Both the position numbers and the translations under genes were made by a program. A DNA stretch of 64,000 bases from an uncultured Saprospiraceae bacterium (GTDB taxonomy: Bacteria > Bacteroidota > Bacteroidia > Chitinophagales > Saprospiraceae): contig CAYRFF010000008.1 in assembly GCA_964423575.1 (NCBI GenBank), positions 10,669 through 74,668 of the forward strand, read 5' to 3'. Within the stretch, counting starts at the first letter, position 1. Each line of letters opens with the position of its first letter. Of this stretch, positions 50,277 through 59,204 are shown piece by piece. The notes under the pieces were generated by a model that was not told where the DNA came from, made no database searches, and was given only the letters and a program-made list of their open reading frames with translations.

Positions 50277-50825
50277 ATGCAGTGCATTGTTTATGATTTG
50301 GAGGCGACCTGCTGGGATGGGGAGCCTTATGCTGATCAAAGTGAGATAATCGAGATTGCCGCTTATAAAGTCGATAGATATGGCAAAATAACCGGACCGT
50401 TTCAATCCTTTGTAAAACCCATGTTATTTCCCAAATTATCTCCGTTTTGCAGACGGTTAACCACTATTTCTCAATCAGAAATAGATAAAGCACCGCAGTT
50501 CGGCGAAGTTTTAGACAATTTCCTCGATTGGGTGGGGGATTTCCACGAGGAAACTGTATTTTGTGCCTGGGGAAAGTACGATCCACGTATGTTGATACGC
50601 GATTGTGACTTGCATGACTATCCGGATGATTGGCTTGTGAATACTTTCAATGTAAAATCTGCATACCGAGATTTAAAAGGACACAATAGGGCTGTAGGCT
50701 TAATAAAAGGTTGTGAAATTGAAGATATTGATTTTGAAGGAATACCTCACAGGGCAATATGGGACAGTTATAATCTGTTACAATTATTTATGAAATATTA
50801 TAAAAGTTGGGAAATTCCCATCTGA
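50277..50825 (+). CDS. DEDDh 3'-5' exonuclease (ERI-1/KapD-like)
   Basis: YDLEATCW (ExoI) and HRAIWDSYN (ExoIII, H-type). Confidence 0.8.
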   Translation: MQCIVYDLEATCWDGEPYADQSEIIEIAAYKVDRYGKITGPFQSFVKPMLFPKLSPFCRRLTTISQSEIDKAPQFGEVLDNFLDWVGDFHEETVFCAWGKYDPRMLIRDCDLHDYPDDWLVNTFNVKSAYRDLKGHNRAVGLIKGCEIEDIDFEGIPHRAIWDSYNLLQLFMKYYKSWEIPI

Positions 50826-50867
50826 AAAATAGAAATTAATTATTAATCCAAAACACTTGAAATTAAC

Positions 50868-51575
50868 ATGAAAATATTTAATTATTTATTTATCGCAGCT
50901 TTCCTGTTCATATCAGGGCAGATGATTGCACAGGAGAAAGTCGCTTATATCAAGTACGCAATTACTGATATACATTCAGACGAGCCTGCAATTATGCAAC
51001 AAGCTGGGATGTTGAAGAATGGATATATGGAGCAATACACTCTGGGTAACAAGTCAATGACAGTAACTAACTCAGCGGGTATGTTTATCACCAAGACTCT
51101 CTTCAATAAAGATACCAAAGAGTCTACCATGTATATGGACGTTATGGGACAGAAAATAAAAGTTCCTATGTCTGCAGATGAAAGAGATGAGATGCAAGAC
51201 GATGATATCGATATCAAGGTAGAAGTTCTTAAAGATGAGACTAAGGAAATCCTTGGTTATAAAGCATACAAGACACTTCTGAAGATTACTTCTGAGGATG
51301 GTAAAACGACTATAGAGCTCTGGGTGACTGAGCAATTGAAATCCGATGCAGGTGATTTCAGCAATATGCTGCAAGTTGGTACAGACAATTTTGAAATTAA
51401 TGGAGTGCCATTGGAATTCGTTATCGATGCCAATGGAATGATGCAGATGACTTATACAGCTCAGGCTGTAAAAACTCAGGGAGATGTTGATGCATCTGTA
51501 TTTGATATTGATGACGCGGGATATAAAGTAATGACTTTGGATGAATTCCAGAGCTCAATGGGAGGAATGTTTTAA
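50868..51575 (+). CDS. secreted hypothetical protein
   Basis: Signal peptide MKIFNYLFIAAFLFISGQMIAQ. Beta-rich, 235 aa, no motif recognised. Confidence 0.6.
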   Translation: MKIFNYLFIAAFLFISGQMIAQEKVAYIKYAITDIHSDEPAIMQQAGMLKNGYMEQYTLGNKSMTVTNSAGMFITKTLFNKDTKESTMYMDVMGQKIKVPMSADERDEMQDDDIDIKVEVLKDETKEILGYKAYKTLLKITSEDGKTTIELWVTEQLKSDAGDFSNMLQVGTDNFEINGVPLEFVIDANGMMQMTYTAQAVKTQGDVDASVFDIDDAGYKVMTLDEFQSSMGGMF

Positions 51576-51600
51576 TTTAATTCCCCTTTAAATAATCAGG

Positions 51601-51637
51601 GGATACAGTTGAAAAGATTGTATCCCTTCTTTCTTTT
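51601..51637 (+). terminator. intrinsic terminator candidate downstream of 50868..51575
   Basis: GGATACA-11 nt loop-TGTATCC followed by CTTCTTTCTTTT. Confidence 0.6.
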
Positions 51638-51763
51638 GCTTCTATTTAACATAATATTAATTATAGGAACGATATGGGTGAAAGATTAATAGTGCTGGCC
51701 TCAGCAGTTCAATGTCCTCATATATATCGTGTATCATTAAATAATGATAGCTTCCTCTTTTAA

Positions 51764-51775
51764 GCTTACGCAAAT
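51764..51775 (-). repeat. iterated 12-mer ATTTGYGNAAGC, N=T
   Basis: Exact match. In the non-coding gap, first of three clustered copies. Confidence 0.8.
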
Positions 51776-51799
51776 GTAATGCTCTTAAAATTTCTTTTA

Positions 51800-51811
51800 G
51801 CTTCCACAAAT
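51800..51811 (-). repeat. iterated 12-mer ATTTGYGNAAGC, GTG variant, N=G
   Basis: Exact match to the Y=T form, in the non-coding gap. Confidence 0.75.
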
Positions 51812-51889
51812 GGATAATCAGTTCTTCACCTTATTCTAGCTTAAATAAATAATTATGGTTGGCTTACGTAGCTGATATATTTTCTTAAT

Positions 51890-51901
51890 GCTTCCACAAA
51901 T
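51890..51901 (-). repeat. iterated 12-mer ATTTGYGNAAGC, GTG variant, N=G
   Basis: Exact match to the Y=T form, in the non-coding gap. Confidence 0.75.
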
Positions 51902-52290
51902 GTTATCCTAATCACAAAAACCGAAGGCTCTGTAATTTCTCCAGAAAAATTAAGCTGTACAATTATCCGGGATAATCAAACCTCAGGCGCCTTAAAAAGC
52001 TTCCTAAATTATTATAGAATAAACTTCAACCAGGTCCTTATAATATAACGTACAAATTTAATGAACCTGAAAAATTTCAATGAATCGATCAGAAATAATA
52101 TGCAAGATCATCTTCCTTCGTGCTTTTATCTTCTTTATACACTCCCCACTATCTAAGTTTCCGACTATCCAAATAAATATATTATGTTAAATAGCCTCAT
52201 TAGCCTGAATCTTTATTAAAAGTAAATCCAATCATATCTTTCATATTTTCTCAGAATTTACCTATTTTGTCATAATAAAACATACTCATT

Positions 52291-52935
52291 ATGGATTTTA
52301 AGGATTTCTGGGATAAGCTTGTAAACTCCAAGGGAGCAAAAGATTTAAAGGATTTAGCTGAAATGACTGAAGACCAGATAGAGTCTATCGGTAAGAAGAT
52401 TCTTGAAAAGTCTAAATCTGCCGGAGATAAAACCATGGATTTTATCGATACTGAAGGCAGCAAGCTATTTGAGAAAGCAAAGAAACGCATAAAAGACATC
52501 ACTGAAAGAGGCACTGAAGAAATCAATGAATTTTTCAGAGAAAAAGACTCTGAAGAGGTTGATTTAGATGAGATTTTCGGCAAAGAGGATGTTGATATCA
52601 ACCCTGGTGAAGGCGAAGCAAAAGCCAAGTCTTCCAGTAAAAGAAGCAGTGATAAAAAGGGGGATTTTATTGATAAAATCCTAGCAAAAGTTGAGAAAAG
52701 TATCGATTCAGCCGAAAGGATAATAGATGATCGGACCAATCTGGAGGCTATTAAAGATATCAACCTTATTCCGGATGATTTTATTGAAAAAGCAAGACGA
52801 TTTGCAGACACTACACTTACTCGTGGAAAAAGTCAAAAGAAATCATCCACAGATCAGGACATAGCCGGTTTTACAGACCATGATGGCGATGGAGATCCGC
52901 TTATAGATGATGCACTAGTTGATGAAGATGTATAA
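52291..52935 (+). CDS. highly charged K/E/D-rich, probably disordered protein
   Basis: 214 aa with no hydrophobic core segments. The antisense ORF 52251..52811 is S/L low-complexity, as expected for the mirror image of this gene. Confidence 0.6.
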   Translation: MDFKDFWDKLVNSKGAKDLKDLAEMTEDQIESIGKKILEKSKSAGDKTMDFIDTEGSKLFEKAKKRIKDITERGTEEINEFFREKDSEEVDLDEIFGKEDVDINPGEGEAKAKSSSKRSSDKKGDFIDKILAKVEKSIDSAERIIDDRTNLEAIKDINLIPDDFIEKARRFADTTLTRGKSQKKSSTDQDIAGFTDHDGDGDPLIDDALVDEDV

Positions 52936-52954
52936 GGGAAGACTCCCCCACTAC

Positions 52955-52966
52955 ATTTGCGTAAGC
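52955..52966 (+). repeat. iterated 12-mer ATTTGYGNAAGC, N=T
   Basis: Exact match. 19 nt after the stop of 52291..52935, same sense, between convergent genes. Confidence 0.8.
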
Positions 52967-52973
52967 TAAATTA

Positions 52974-53465
52974 TTATCTATCCAGAATAGATTTTAAATC
53001 AGCAGGCGAATAATTCACTGATTTCAATACCTTTCCATCTGAGTTGCGATAGACAAGGAAATAGCCGTCTCTCTCAACGATATGACCTTCAGTCGCTTTA
53101 TTTTTACGGTAATGTTCTAGAGTCAATTCCGCTTCTTCACGTGTAGCACAGCGCTTACTCATATTTGACCTCTGAACTTCTTCAAATAACTGTCTGAATT
53201 TACCTCCCATACCAAATTCGTGAATAGCACCGGATAAAACATATTGGATGTCGCAGAGTGCATCAGCAATCTCTACAATATCATTATCGGCTATAGCTTG
53301 TTTAAGCTCGTTTAATTCCTCCTGCAGCAGGTTTATTCTCAGCTCACTGCGATCTTCAGTAGGGATAAGTGGATTGCGTTCTATAGGGAGTTCAAATGTT
53401 TTATGAAATTCTGCAACATCATTTAAGCCTTGCGGCTCACTGAATTTCTGTACTGTCTTGGTCAT
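52974..53465 (-). CDS. MazG-like all-alpha nucleoside triphosphate pyrophosphohydrolase family protein
   Basis: Acidic metal-binding helices LLQEELNELKQA and EIADALCDIQY (ExxE...ExxD pattern). 163 aa. Confidence 0.65.
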   Translation of the reverse strand: MTKTVQKFSEPQGLNDVAEFHKTFELPIERNPLIPTEDRSELRINLLQEELNELKQAIADNDIVEIADALCDIQYVLSGAIHEFGMGGKFRQLFEEVQRSNMSKRCATREEAELTLEHYRKNKATEGHIVERDGYFLVYRNSDGKVLKSVNYSPADLKSILDR

Positions 53466-53485
53466 GATTATGTTCTTTCAGAAAT

Positions 53486-53523
53486 GAGAAATCTTCCACA
53501 AACGCTTTTGCGGAAGATTTCTC
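53486..53523 (-). terminator. 17-bp stem hairpin downstream of the TPR gene, built from two inverted degenerate copies of the iterated motif
   Basis: GAGAAATCTTCCACAAA-CGCT-TTTGCGGAAGATTTCTC. The single mismatch becomes a G-U pair on the minus-strand RNA. The hairpin is followed on the minus strand by ATTTCT. Confidence 0.5.
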
Positions 53524-53562
53524 ACTAGGTTTTAATATCCTGCTTAAATAAAGCTATTACGA

Positions 53563-54879
53563 TTAGTCAAAGTATGAATTATCAAATCTTTCACCTTCCT
53601 GAATAGCATCTAGTCTTGCCTTAATTCCTTCACTATCCTCAAGCTGGTTCATACGTGCAAGAATTTCACGAAGACCTAGTAAAGTGTTTCTATCATTTGG
53701 ATTTAAGGACTCAGCCAATTTGAAGTAAGGCAGAGCTTTACCAAAATAATCTTTTACTAGACCATCCAATTCATCATATCTCTTTTGCTCCCTAAGGTCA
53801 AGAGTCTGCATTTCCTGAGTGAATGCTGCAGCTTTGTTAAAATACATCATACCGATAGAGTAAATCGCATCAAAGTAATCGGGATCAATATCAATAGCCT
53901 GATTGAAATAATCGATTGCCTTATGGAAGTAATCTTCAGCTTCCTCCGCATTACCGGCTTCTTCAGATTCCTGATTAAGGTTCATATAAACGTTACCAAG
54001 AGCTGATCTTACACTAGGATTATTGGGATCTTTTGCAATAGCTTCCTGTAATTTCTCTTCAAGAAGAGTATATTCTTCATTCTGGATAAGATAATTAATT
54101 TCAGCAAAAAGGATATTGGTGTTACCCGGGAACAACTCTTTACCCTTAGTCATAACCTTGGCAGCTTCTTCACTATTGCCGTCAGCATTCAATAGTGAGA
54201 ATAACAAACTGTACACTTGAGGTTCGTTGTAATCATTGCTATAAAGATCGTGTAGATATGCCTTGGCTTCTTCTTCTTTTCCGATTTGAGTAGCACATAC
54301 TGCAATAATATACTTTTGATTCAAAAGATTTTCTTTATCGGGGAAAACACTCTTTTCGTTATTTTCCTGAAGAATCTCTTCAATATCCAGAACTGCTTCA
54401 TAAGAATGATAAGCACGTCCATAATCAAGATTTCCTACATAGGCATTTCCCATAGCACTCAAGTAACTCGCATTTTCTGTAAGTCCTTTAAGAGCATCTT
54501 TCTTAAGGTATTGCTTATCGGCATTTTCATAAGCCCTCGTGTAAGATTCATAAGCAATAAGAGCGAGATTTTCATCCGGAACAGAACTCTGCCCCATTGC
54601 GATGGCGCTAGTAACCTTACCGGAAAGAGCGTTATAAATATCTCCTCTGAGGTTATGCGCTTTTGAATCATTGGCAAATTCATCATTAGACACTACTTGA
54701 TCCATCAAATCTCGGGCTTCATCAAGGTTTCCTTCATTATTGATTGGATTCATAAAATAGCTACTCAATGAACTATTAGCCTTTCTCATCATTTTCTTAG
54801 GATTCGCATCCTGAGCAACAGCCATTACACCCATCTGCAGGAAGAGTGCCAGGCTAAATAATCTTATTAGGTTTTTCAT
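53563..54879 (-). CDS. tetratricopeptide-repeat secreted protein
   Basis: Signal peptide followed by multiple TPR-like A..Y..A...P repeats. It lies downstream of gyrA on the same strand. Confidence 0.75.
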   Translation of the reverse strand: MKNLIRLFSLALFLQMGVMAVAQDANPKKMMRKANSSLSSYFMNPINNEGNLDEARDLMDQVVSNDEFANDSKAHNLRGDIYNALSGKVTSAIAMGQSSVPDENLALIAYESYTRAYENADKQYLKKDALKGLTENASYLSAMGNAYVGNLDYGRAYHSYEAVLDIEEILQENNEKSVFPDKENLLNQKYIIAVCATQIGKEEEAKAYLHDLYSNDYNEPQVYSLLFSLLNADGNSEEAAKVMTKGKELFPGNTNILFAEINYLIQNEEYTLLEEKLQEAIAKDPNNPSVRSALGNVYMNLNQESEEAGNAEEAEDYFHKAIDYFNQAIDIDPDYFDAIYSIGMMYFNKAAAFTQEMQTLDLREQKRYDELDGLVKDYFGKALPYFKLAESLNPNDRNTLLGLREILARMNQLEDSEGIKARLDAIQEGERFDNSYFD

Positions 54880-54987
54880 AGAATTATATTTTTAGTCTGT
54901 AATAGTTTTAAGGTATCTAACGCAAAATTGTTTGTCGATAATCGATAAAATTATCTTAATATTATATTAAATAATTCTTAAAATAAT

Positions 54988-57462
54988 TTATTCTTCCTCA
55001 TCATACAAGTCGTCTTCGCCATCTCTTATCACTGCCACATCTGCTATCTCGTCCTTTTTATCCAGATCAATAACGATAACTCCCTGAGTCGCTCTTCCTC
55101 TGATATGAACATCTTCAACTGACATTCTTATTACGATTCCGTCCTTAGTTGTAATCATCAGATCATCTTCGGCTACAACCGCTTTCATGGAAACAAGCTT
55201 ACCGGTTCTATCGGTAATCGTCTGTGTAATAACACCTTTACCACCGCGATTAATGAGTCTGTACTCCTCAGACAGAGAACGTTTACCGATTCCTTTTTCA
55301 GAGATTGTCATGATTGTCATATCAGGCTCTGTACCGGAGATTGAAGATATTCCAATAATGTAATCGTCATCGCCATCCAGACGCATTCCTATTACACCCA
55401 TGGCATTTCTTCCCATCGGTCTCACATCTTCCTCATTAAATCTGATTGCTCGTCCATTGCGATTTGCAAGAATAATCTGATTGGTTCCGTCCGTGAGCTT
55501 CACATCTATCAATTGATCACCTTCAGCAATAGTAATTGCATTAATACCATTGGTACGCGGTCTGGAATAAGCCTCTACCAGAGTTTTCTTCACAATACCT
55601 TTCTTTGTTGCAAAGATTAAGTAGTTGTTGTTTACGTAATCCTCGTCTTCAAGGTCCTCGATGTTGATATATGCACGAACTTTATCTTCTCTCGGGATAG
55701 CCACCAGGTTCTGAATTACCCTGCCTGTTGAAGTTTTGGATGATTCCGGAATATCAAATACCCGTATCCAGAAACATCTTCCTTGCTCTGTAAACAAGAG
55801 CAGATAATTATGGGACTCCGCTATAAACATGTGCTCTATGAAGTCTTCGTCTCTGGTCTTGGAACCTCTAGAACCTTTTCCTCCTCTGTATTGAGTCTTA
55901 TATTCTGATACCTTGGTACGCTTGATGTATCCGAGATGTGAAATAGTAACTACAACCCTATCATTTGGAATAAGATCTTCAATTCTTATTTCGGAATCAG
56001 TATAGTCAATTTCCGATCTTCTATCGTCTCCGTATTCCTCTTTTACTTCAATGAGTTCTCCTTTAACAATTTCCTTTTGAATATCAACTGAACCCAGAAT
56101 CTCTAAGTATCGAGTAATTTGTTTTTGAAGTTCATCGTATTCTTCCTTGATTTTAGCACGCTCAAGTCCTGTAAGCGTTTGTAATCTCATATTGAGGATT
56201 GCCTTGGACTGTAATTCTGACAAATTAAATCTTGTCATCAAGCCTTCTTGTGCCTCATCAACAGTCGCAGATCCTCTGATAAGCGCAATAATCTCATCTA
56301 AATTATCAAGAGCTATCAATAATCCTTCAAGGATATGCGCTCTCTCCCTCGCTTTTCTCAGATCAAATTCAGTTCGGCGAACTATGACTTCTATACGGAA
56401 GTCAATAAAGTGCTGAAGCATTTCTTTTAAGGAAAGCAATTCCGGTCTTCCGTTTACCAATGCGATATTGTTCACACCATAGGAAGACTGCAAGGCAGTT
56501 AACTTATAAAGTCTATTGAGAACGACATTTGCAATAGCATCACGCTTGATATCTACCACAATTCTAAGGCCGTTCCTATCTGACTCATCTGCTACGTATG
56601 AAATCCCTTTAATTCTTTCCTCATTCACCAACTCGGAAATCTTCACCAGTAAAGAAGCCTTGTTAACCTGATAAGGAATTTCCGTAATGATTATCCTTTC
56701 TCTTCCTGTATCGGTCGTCGTGATTTCAGCTTTTCCACGTACCACTACTCTACCTCGTCCGGTTCTGAAAGCCTTTTTAACTCCTGAAATCCCTTGAATT
56801 ATTCCGCCTGTAGGAAAATCCGGTGCCGGAATATAGGTCATTAGTTCGTCGATAGTAATATCCGGATTGTCAATTGTCGCAATTGCTCCATTCACTACTT
56901 CCGTAAGGTTATGTGGCAACATATTAGTCGCCATCCCCACCGCAATACCCGATGCACCATTCATTAGGAGATTGGGAAGTCGCGTAGGCAACACTGTAGG
57001 CTCTTCAATCGTATCGTCAAAGTTGAGTGAAAAATCTACCGTATCTTTCTTTATATCCATGAGCAGCTCATGCGCAAGCTTGGTCAACCTGGCCTCAGTA
57101 TAACGCATTGCCGCAGCTCTGTCACCATCCATTGAACCGAAGTTACCCTGACCATCAACGAGTGTATACCTCAATGACCAATCCTGTGCCATACGCACCA
57201 TCGCATCATATACAGCTGTATCACCATGTGGGTGATACTTTCCCAAAACCTCCCCTACTATTCTGGCTGATTTTTTATGTGCTCTATTGTAGTTGAGTCC
57301 CAGATCATCCATTCCGTATAAAATACGTCTGTGAACCGGCTTTAACCCATCGCGCACATCAGGGAGAGCACGAGATACAATTACCGACATCGAATAGTCG
57401 ATGTAGGATTTCTTCATCTCATCCTCTATATTAATGGAAATAATCCTTTCTTTTTCTGCCAT
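54988..57462 (-). CDS. gyrA: DNA gyrase subunit A
   Basis: [17 protein letters not shown] and AAMRYTE (catalytic Tyr) motifs, with C-terminal beta-pinwheel repeats. 824 aa. Confidence 0.97.
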   Translation of the reverse strand: MAEKERIISINIEDEMKKSYIDYSMSVIVSRALPDVRDGLKPVHRRILYGMDDLGLNYNRAHKKSARIVGEVLGKYHPHGDTAVYDAMVRMAQDWSLRYTLVDGQGNFGSMDGDRAAAMRYTEARLTKLAHELLMDIKKDTVDFSLNFDDTIEEPTVLPTRLPNLLMNGASGIAVGMATNMLPHNLTEVVNGAIATIDNPDITIDELMTYIPAPDFPTGGIIQGISGVKKAFRTGRGRVVVRGKAEITTTDTGRERIIITEIPYQVNKASLLVKISELVNEERIKGISYVADESDRNGLRIVVDIKRDAIANVVLNRLYKLTALQSSYGVNNIALVNGRPELLSLKEMLQHFIDFRIEVIVRRTEFDLRKARERAHILEGLLIALDNLDEIIALIRGSATVDEAQEGLMTRFNLSELQSKAILNMRLQTLTGLERAKIKEEYDELQKQITRYLEILGSVDIQKEIVKGELIEVKEEYGDDRRSEIDYTDSEIRIEDLIPNDRVVVTISHLGYIKRTKVSEYKTQYRGGKGSRGSKTRDEDFIEHMFIAESHNYLLLFTEQGRCFWIRVFDIPESSKTSTGRVIQNLVAIPREDKVRAYINIEDLEDEDYVNNNYLIFATKKGIVKKTLVEAYSRPRTNGINAITIAEGDQLIDVKLTDGTNQIILANRNGRAIRFNEEDVRPMGRNAMGVIGMRLDGDDDYIIGISSISGTEPDMTIMTISEKGIGKRSLSEEYRLINRGGKGVITQTITDRTGKLVSMKAVVAEDDLMITTKDGIVIRMSVEDVHIRGRATQGVIVIDLDKKDEIADVAVIRDGEDDLYDEEE

Positions 57463-57553
57463 ATTAAATTTTGTTCATTATTCTACTGCCCAAGGAAACC
57501 CTTTATAACCGTGCTAAATAGCTTATAGGAAGCCCCCGGGCCTTTAACAGGTG

Positions 57554-57561
57554 CAAATGTA
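57554..57561 (-). promoter_or_regulatory. Bacteroidota -7 box TACATTTG upstream of gyrA
   Basis: The reverse complement matches TAnnTTTG, about 90 nt upstream of the gyrA ATG. Confidence 0.45.
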
Positions 57562-57673
57562 CTAATATTTGATGTTTTTATAAAGTGTATGTGCATTTAA
57601 TTTAATGATTTAAGCAGTTAAATCAAGCTTTTCTTTATATATTAAGATAAATCATATACTTTTGTCCCCGATT

Positions 57674-58399
57674 ATGTCTAAAACAAGTTCACATAGTAAT
57701 TTAAACAAGGAAAATGCCCATATCGAAGAAATGTTTGATAAGGTGTCGGGGCGCTATGATTTCCTGAATCGAGTTCTCTCTCTGGGCATTGATAGAAGCT
57801 GGAGGAAGAAGCTTGTAGGAATGATGGAAGTAGGTAAAAATTCCAGTTTACTCGACGTTGCTTGTGGTTCCGGGGACATCTTGGTAATGGCAGCTGAGAA
57901 GTACAATGACATGCAGATTGGCGGGCTTGATTTGTCAGGAAATATGTTAAAACTGGCTGACGAAAAAGTAAAGAAGAAGAACTTGCCAAATAAGGTAGAC
58001 TTTTATCAAGCTGCTGCTGAGAACCTACCTTTTTCAGACGAAAGTTTTGATGTTACAACATGTGGTTTTGGGGTGAGAAATTTCGGTGACCTGAACAAAG
58101 GTTTAAGTGAAATGAAGCGCGTTTTAAAACCGGGCGGACAGTGCTTGATTCTCGAATTTTCTAAACCGACTAGATTTCCCTTTGCGCAGATATACCATTC
58201 TTACTTTAAATACGTTCTACCCATGATTGGCAAGCTAATATCTGCTGATAAAGGAGCTTATAAATATCTTTTTGAATCGGCTGTGGCTTTTCCGTCCGGT
58301 GAGGACTTTTGTCAAATTTTAAAAGAAACAGGATTTAGGGAAGTTAAATTCCGCCCTCTTACATTTGGTATATGTTGCATTTATTCAGCACGAAAATAA
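57674..58399 (+). CDS. ubiE: demethylmenaquinone / ubiquinone-type SAM methyltransferase
   Basis: YDFLNRVLSLGIDRSWR and the SAM motif LDVACGSGD. The ORF track starts at TTG 57662; I prefer the first ATG at 57674. Confidence 0.85.
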   Translation: MSKTSSHSNLNKENAHIEEMFDKVSGRYDFLNRVLSLGIDRSWRKKLVGMMEVGKNSSLLDVACGSGDILVMAAEKYNDMQIGGLDLSGNMLKLADEKVKKKNLPNKVDFYQAAAENLPFSDESFDVTTCGFGVRNFGDLNKGLSEMKRVLKPGGQCLILEFSKPTRFPFAQIYHSYFKYVLPMIGKLISADKGAYKYLFESAVAFPSGEDFCQILKETGFREVKFRPLTFGICCIYSARK

Positions 58400-59094
58400 T
58401 GATGCTATGTGCTCTGATGGCACTGACTCTTACTTCTATGGAAGTTCAAGCACAGCGCAAGCTAGAGTCACTGAACTATGAAGATTTTAAGCCAAAGCCG
58501 TACTACTTTGGACTGGCGCTGGGATATGCTAATAATGATTATCGTATCGCTCATTCCAAGGACTTTATCCTCAATAATGAATATATGAGAACCAAGTCCT
58601 TAAGCGGCCCCGGATTTACCATCGGTGTAATCGGAAATCTCAAGCTCGGAGATTTCTTTGATATCCGCTTCATCCCGGGATTTTCATTCTCCGGCAGGGA
58701 TATCCAGTTTCAAGCTGTCGGTGAAGACCGACTGAGAAAGGAAAATATAGAATCCACTTTTCTGGAAATGCCTTTCATGGTGAGGTATAAGTCCTTACCA
58801 TATTCAGACATGCGAATATTTCTCTCCGCCGGCGTTAAATACACTTATGACATTACCAATCCGGCCCGCAAGCGAGAAAATAGGGAAATTATTCAACTAT
58901 CTCCACATGATTACCTTCTGGAAGCCGGTATAGGTGTTCAATTTTTCTTCCCTTATTTTATTCTATCTCCGGAGATTAAATTTAGTCATGGCCTTGATAA
59001 TATCCTGATTTACGATAGGAATTTAAACAGATCTAAGATTTTGGAACAGATTTTTACCCGTGCTTTAACTATCAGTTTTAGCTTTGAGGGATAA
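58399..59094 (+). CDS. porT: PorT-family outer-membrane beta-barrel protein (T9SS-associated)
   Basis: Signal peptide MMLCALMALTLTSMEVQAQ begins at ATG 58399, overlapping the ubiE TAA as TAATG. About 230 aa with alternating beta-strand pattern. I recall ubiE-porT adjacency as common in Bacteroidota. Confidence 0.55.
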   Translation: MMLCALMALTLTSMEVQAQRKLESLNYEDFKPKPYYFGLALGYANNDYRIAHSKDFILNNEYMRTKSLSGPGFTIGVIGNLKLGDFFDIRFIPGFSFSGRDIQFQAVGEDRLRKENIESTFLEMPFMVRYKSLPYSDMRIFLSAGVKYTYDITNPARKRENREIIQLSPHDYLLEAGIGVQFFFPYFILSPEIKFSHGLDNILIYDRNLNRSKILEQIFTRALTISFSFEG

Positions 59095-59111
59095 AGGAGG
59101 AAATCTGTAAT

Positions 59112-59123
59112 ATTTGCGAAAGC
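59112..59123 (+). repeat. iterated 12-mer ATTTGYGNAAGC, N=A
   Basis: Exact match. 17 nt after the stop of the porT-like gene, same sense. Confidence 0.8.
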
Positions 59124-59204
59124 ATAAAAACAATCAATAATTCAAGAGTATTTATTATGATTGTTAACTCGACTCCGGAGATGGTCAGTTGAATGACTGT
59201 TTAC

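Noticed and set aside
51732-51749. Fur-box interpretation of TATCATTAAATAATGATA and the nearby GATAAT hexamers
   Set aside because: Only a partial match to the classical GATAATGATAATCATTATC consensus is present (ATAATGATA). The Bacteroidota Fur consensus is not something I can verify from memory. I kept it only as a palindrome observation.
51764-51901. Possible CRISPR-like array from the three clustered motif copies
   Set aside because: The repeats are only about 12-20 nt and imperfect, the spacing is irregular (36 and 90 nt), and no cas genes are nearby. This is not a CRISPR array.
52251-52811. 186-aa minus-strand ORF opposite the charged-protein gene
   Set aside because: Its S/L/I low-complexity translation is typical of the antisense of a K/E/D-rich gene. 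The plus-strand ORF has the cleaner start context. This rests on composition only, so the rejection is not absolute.
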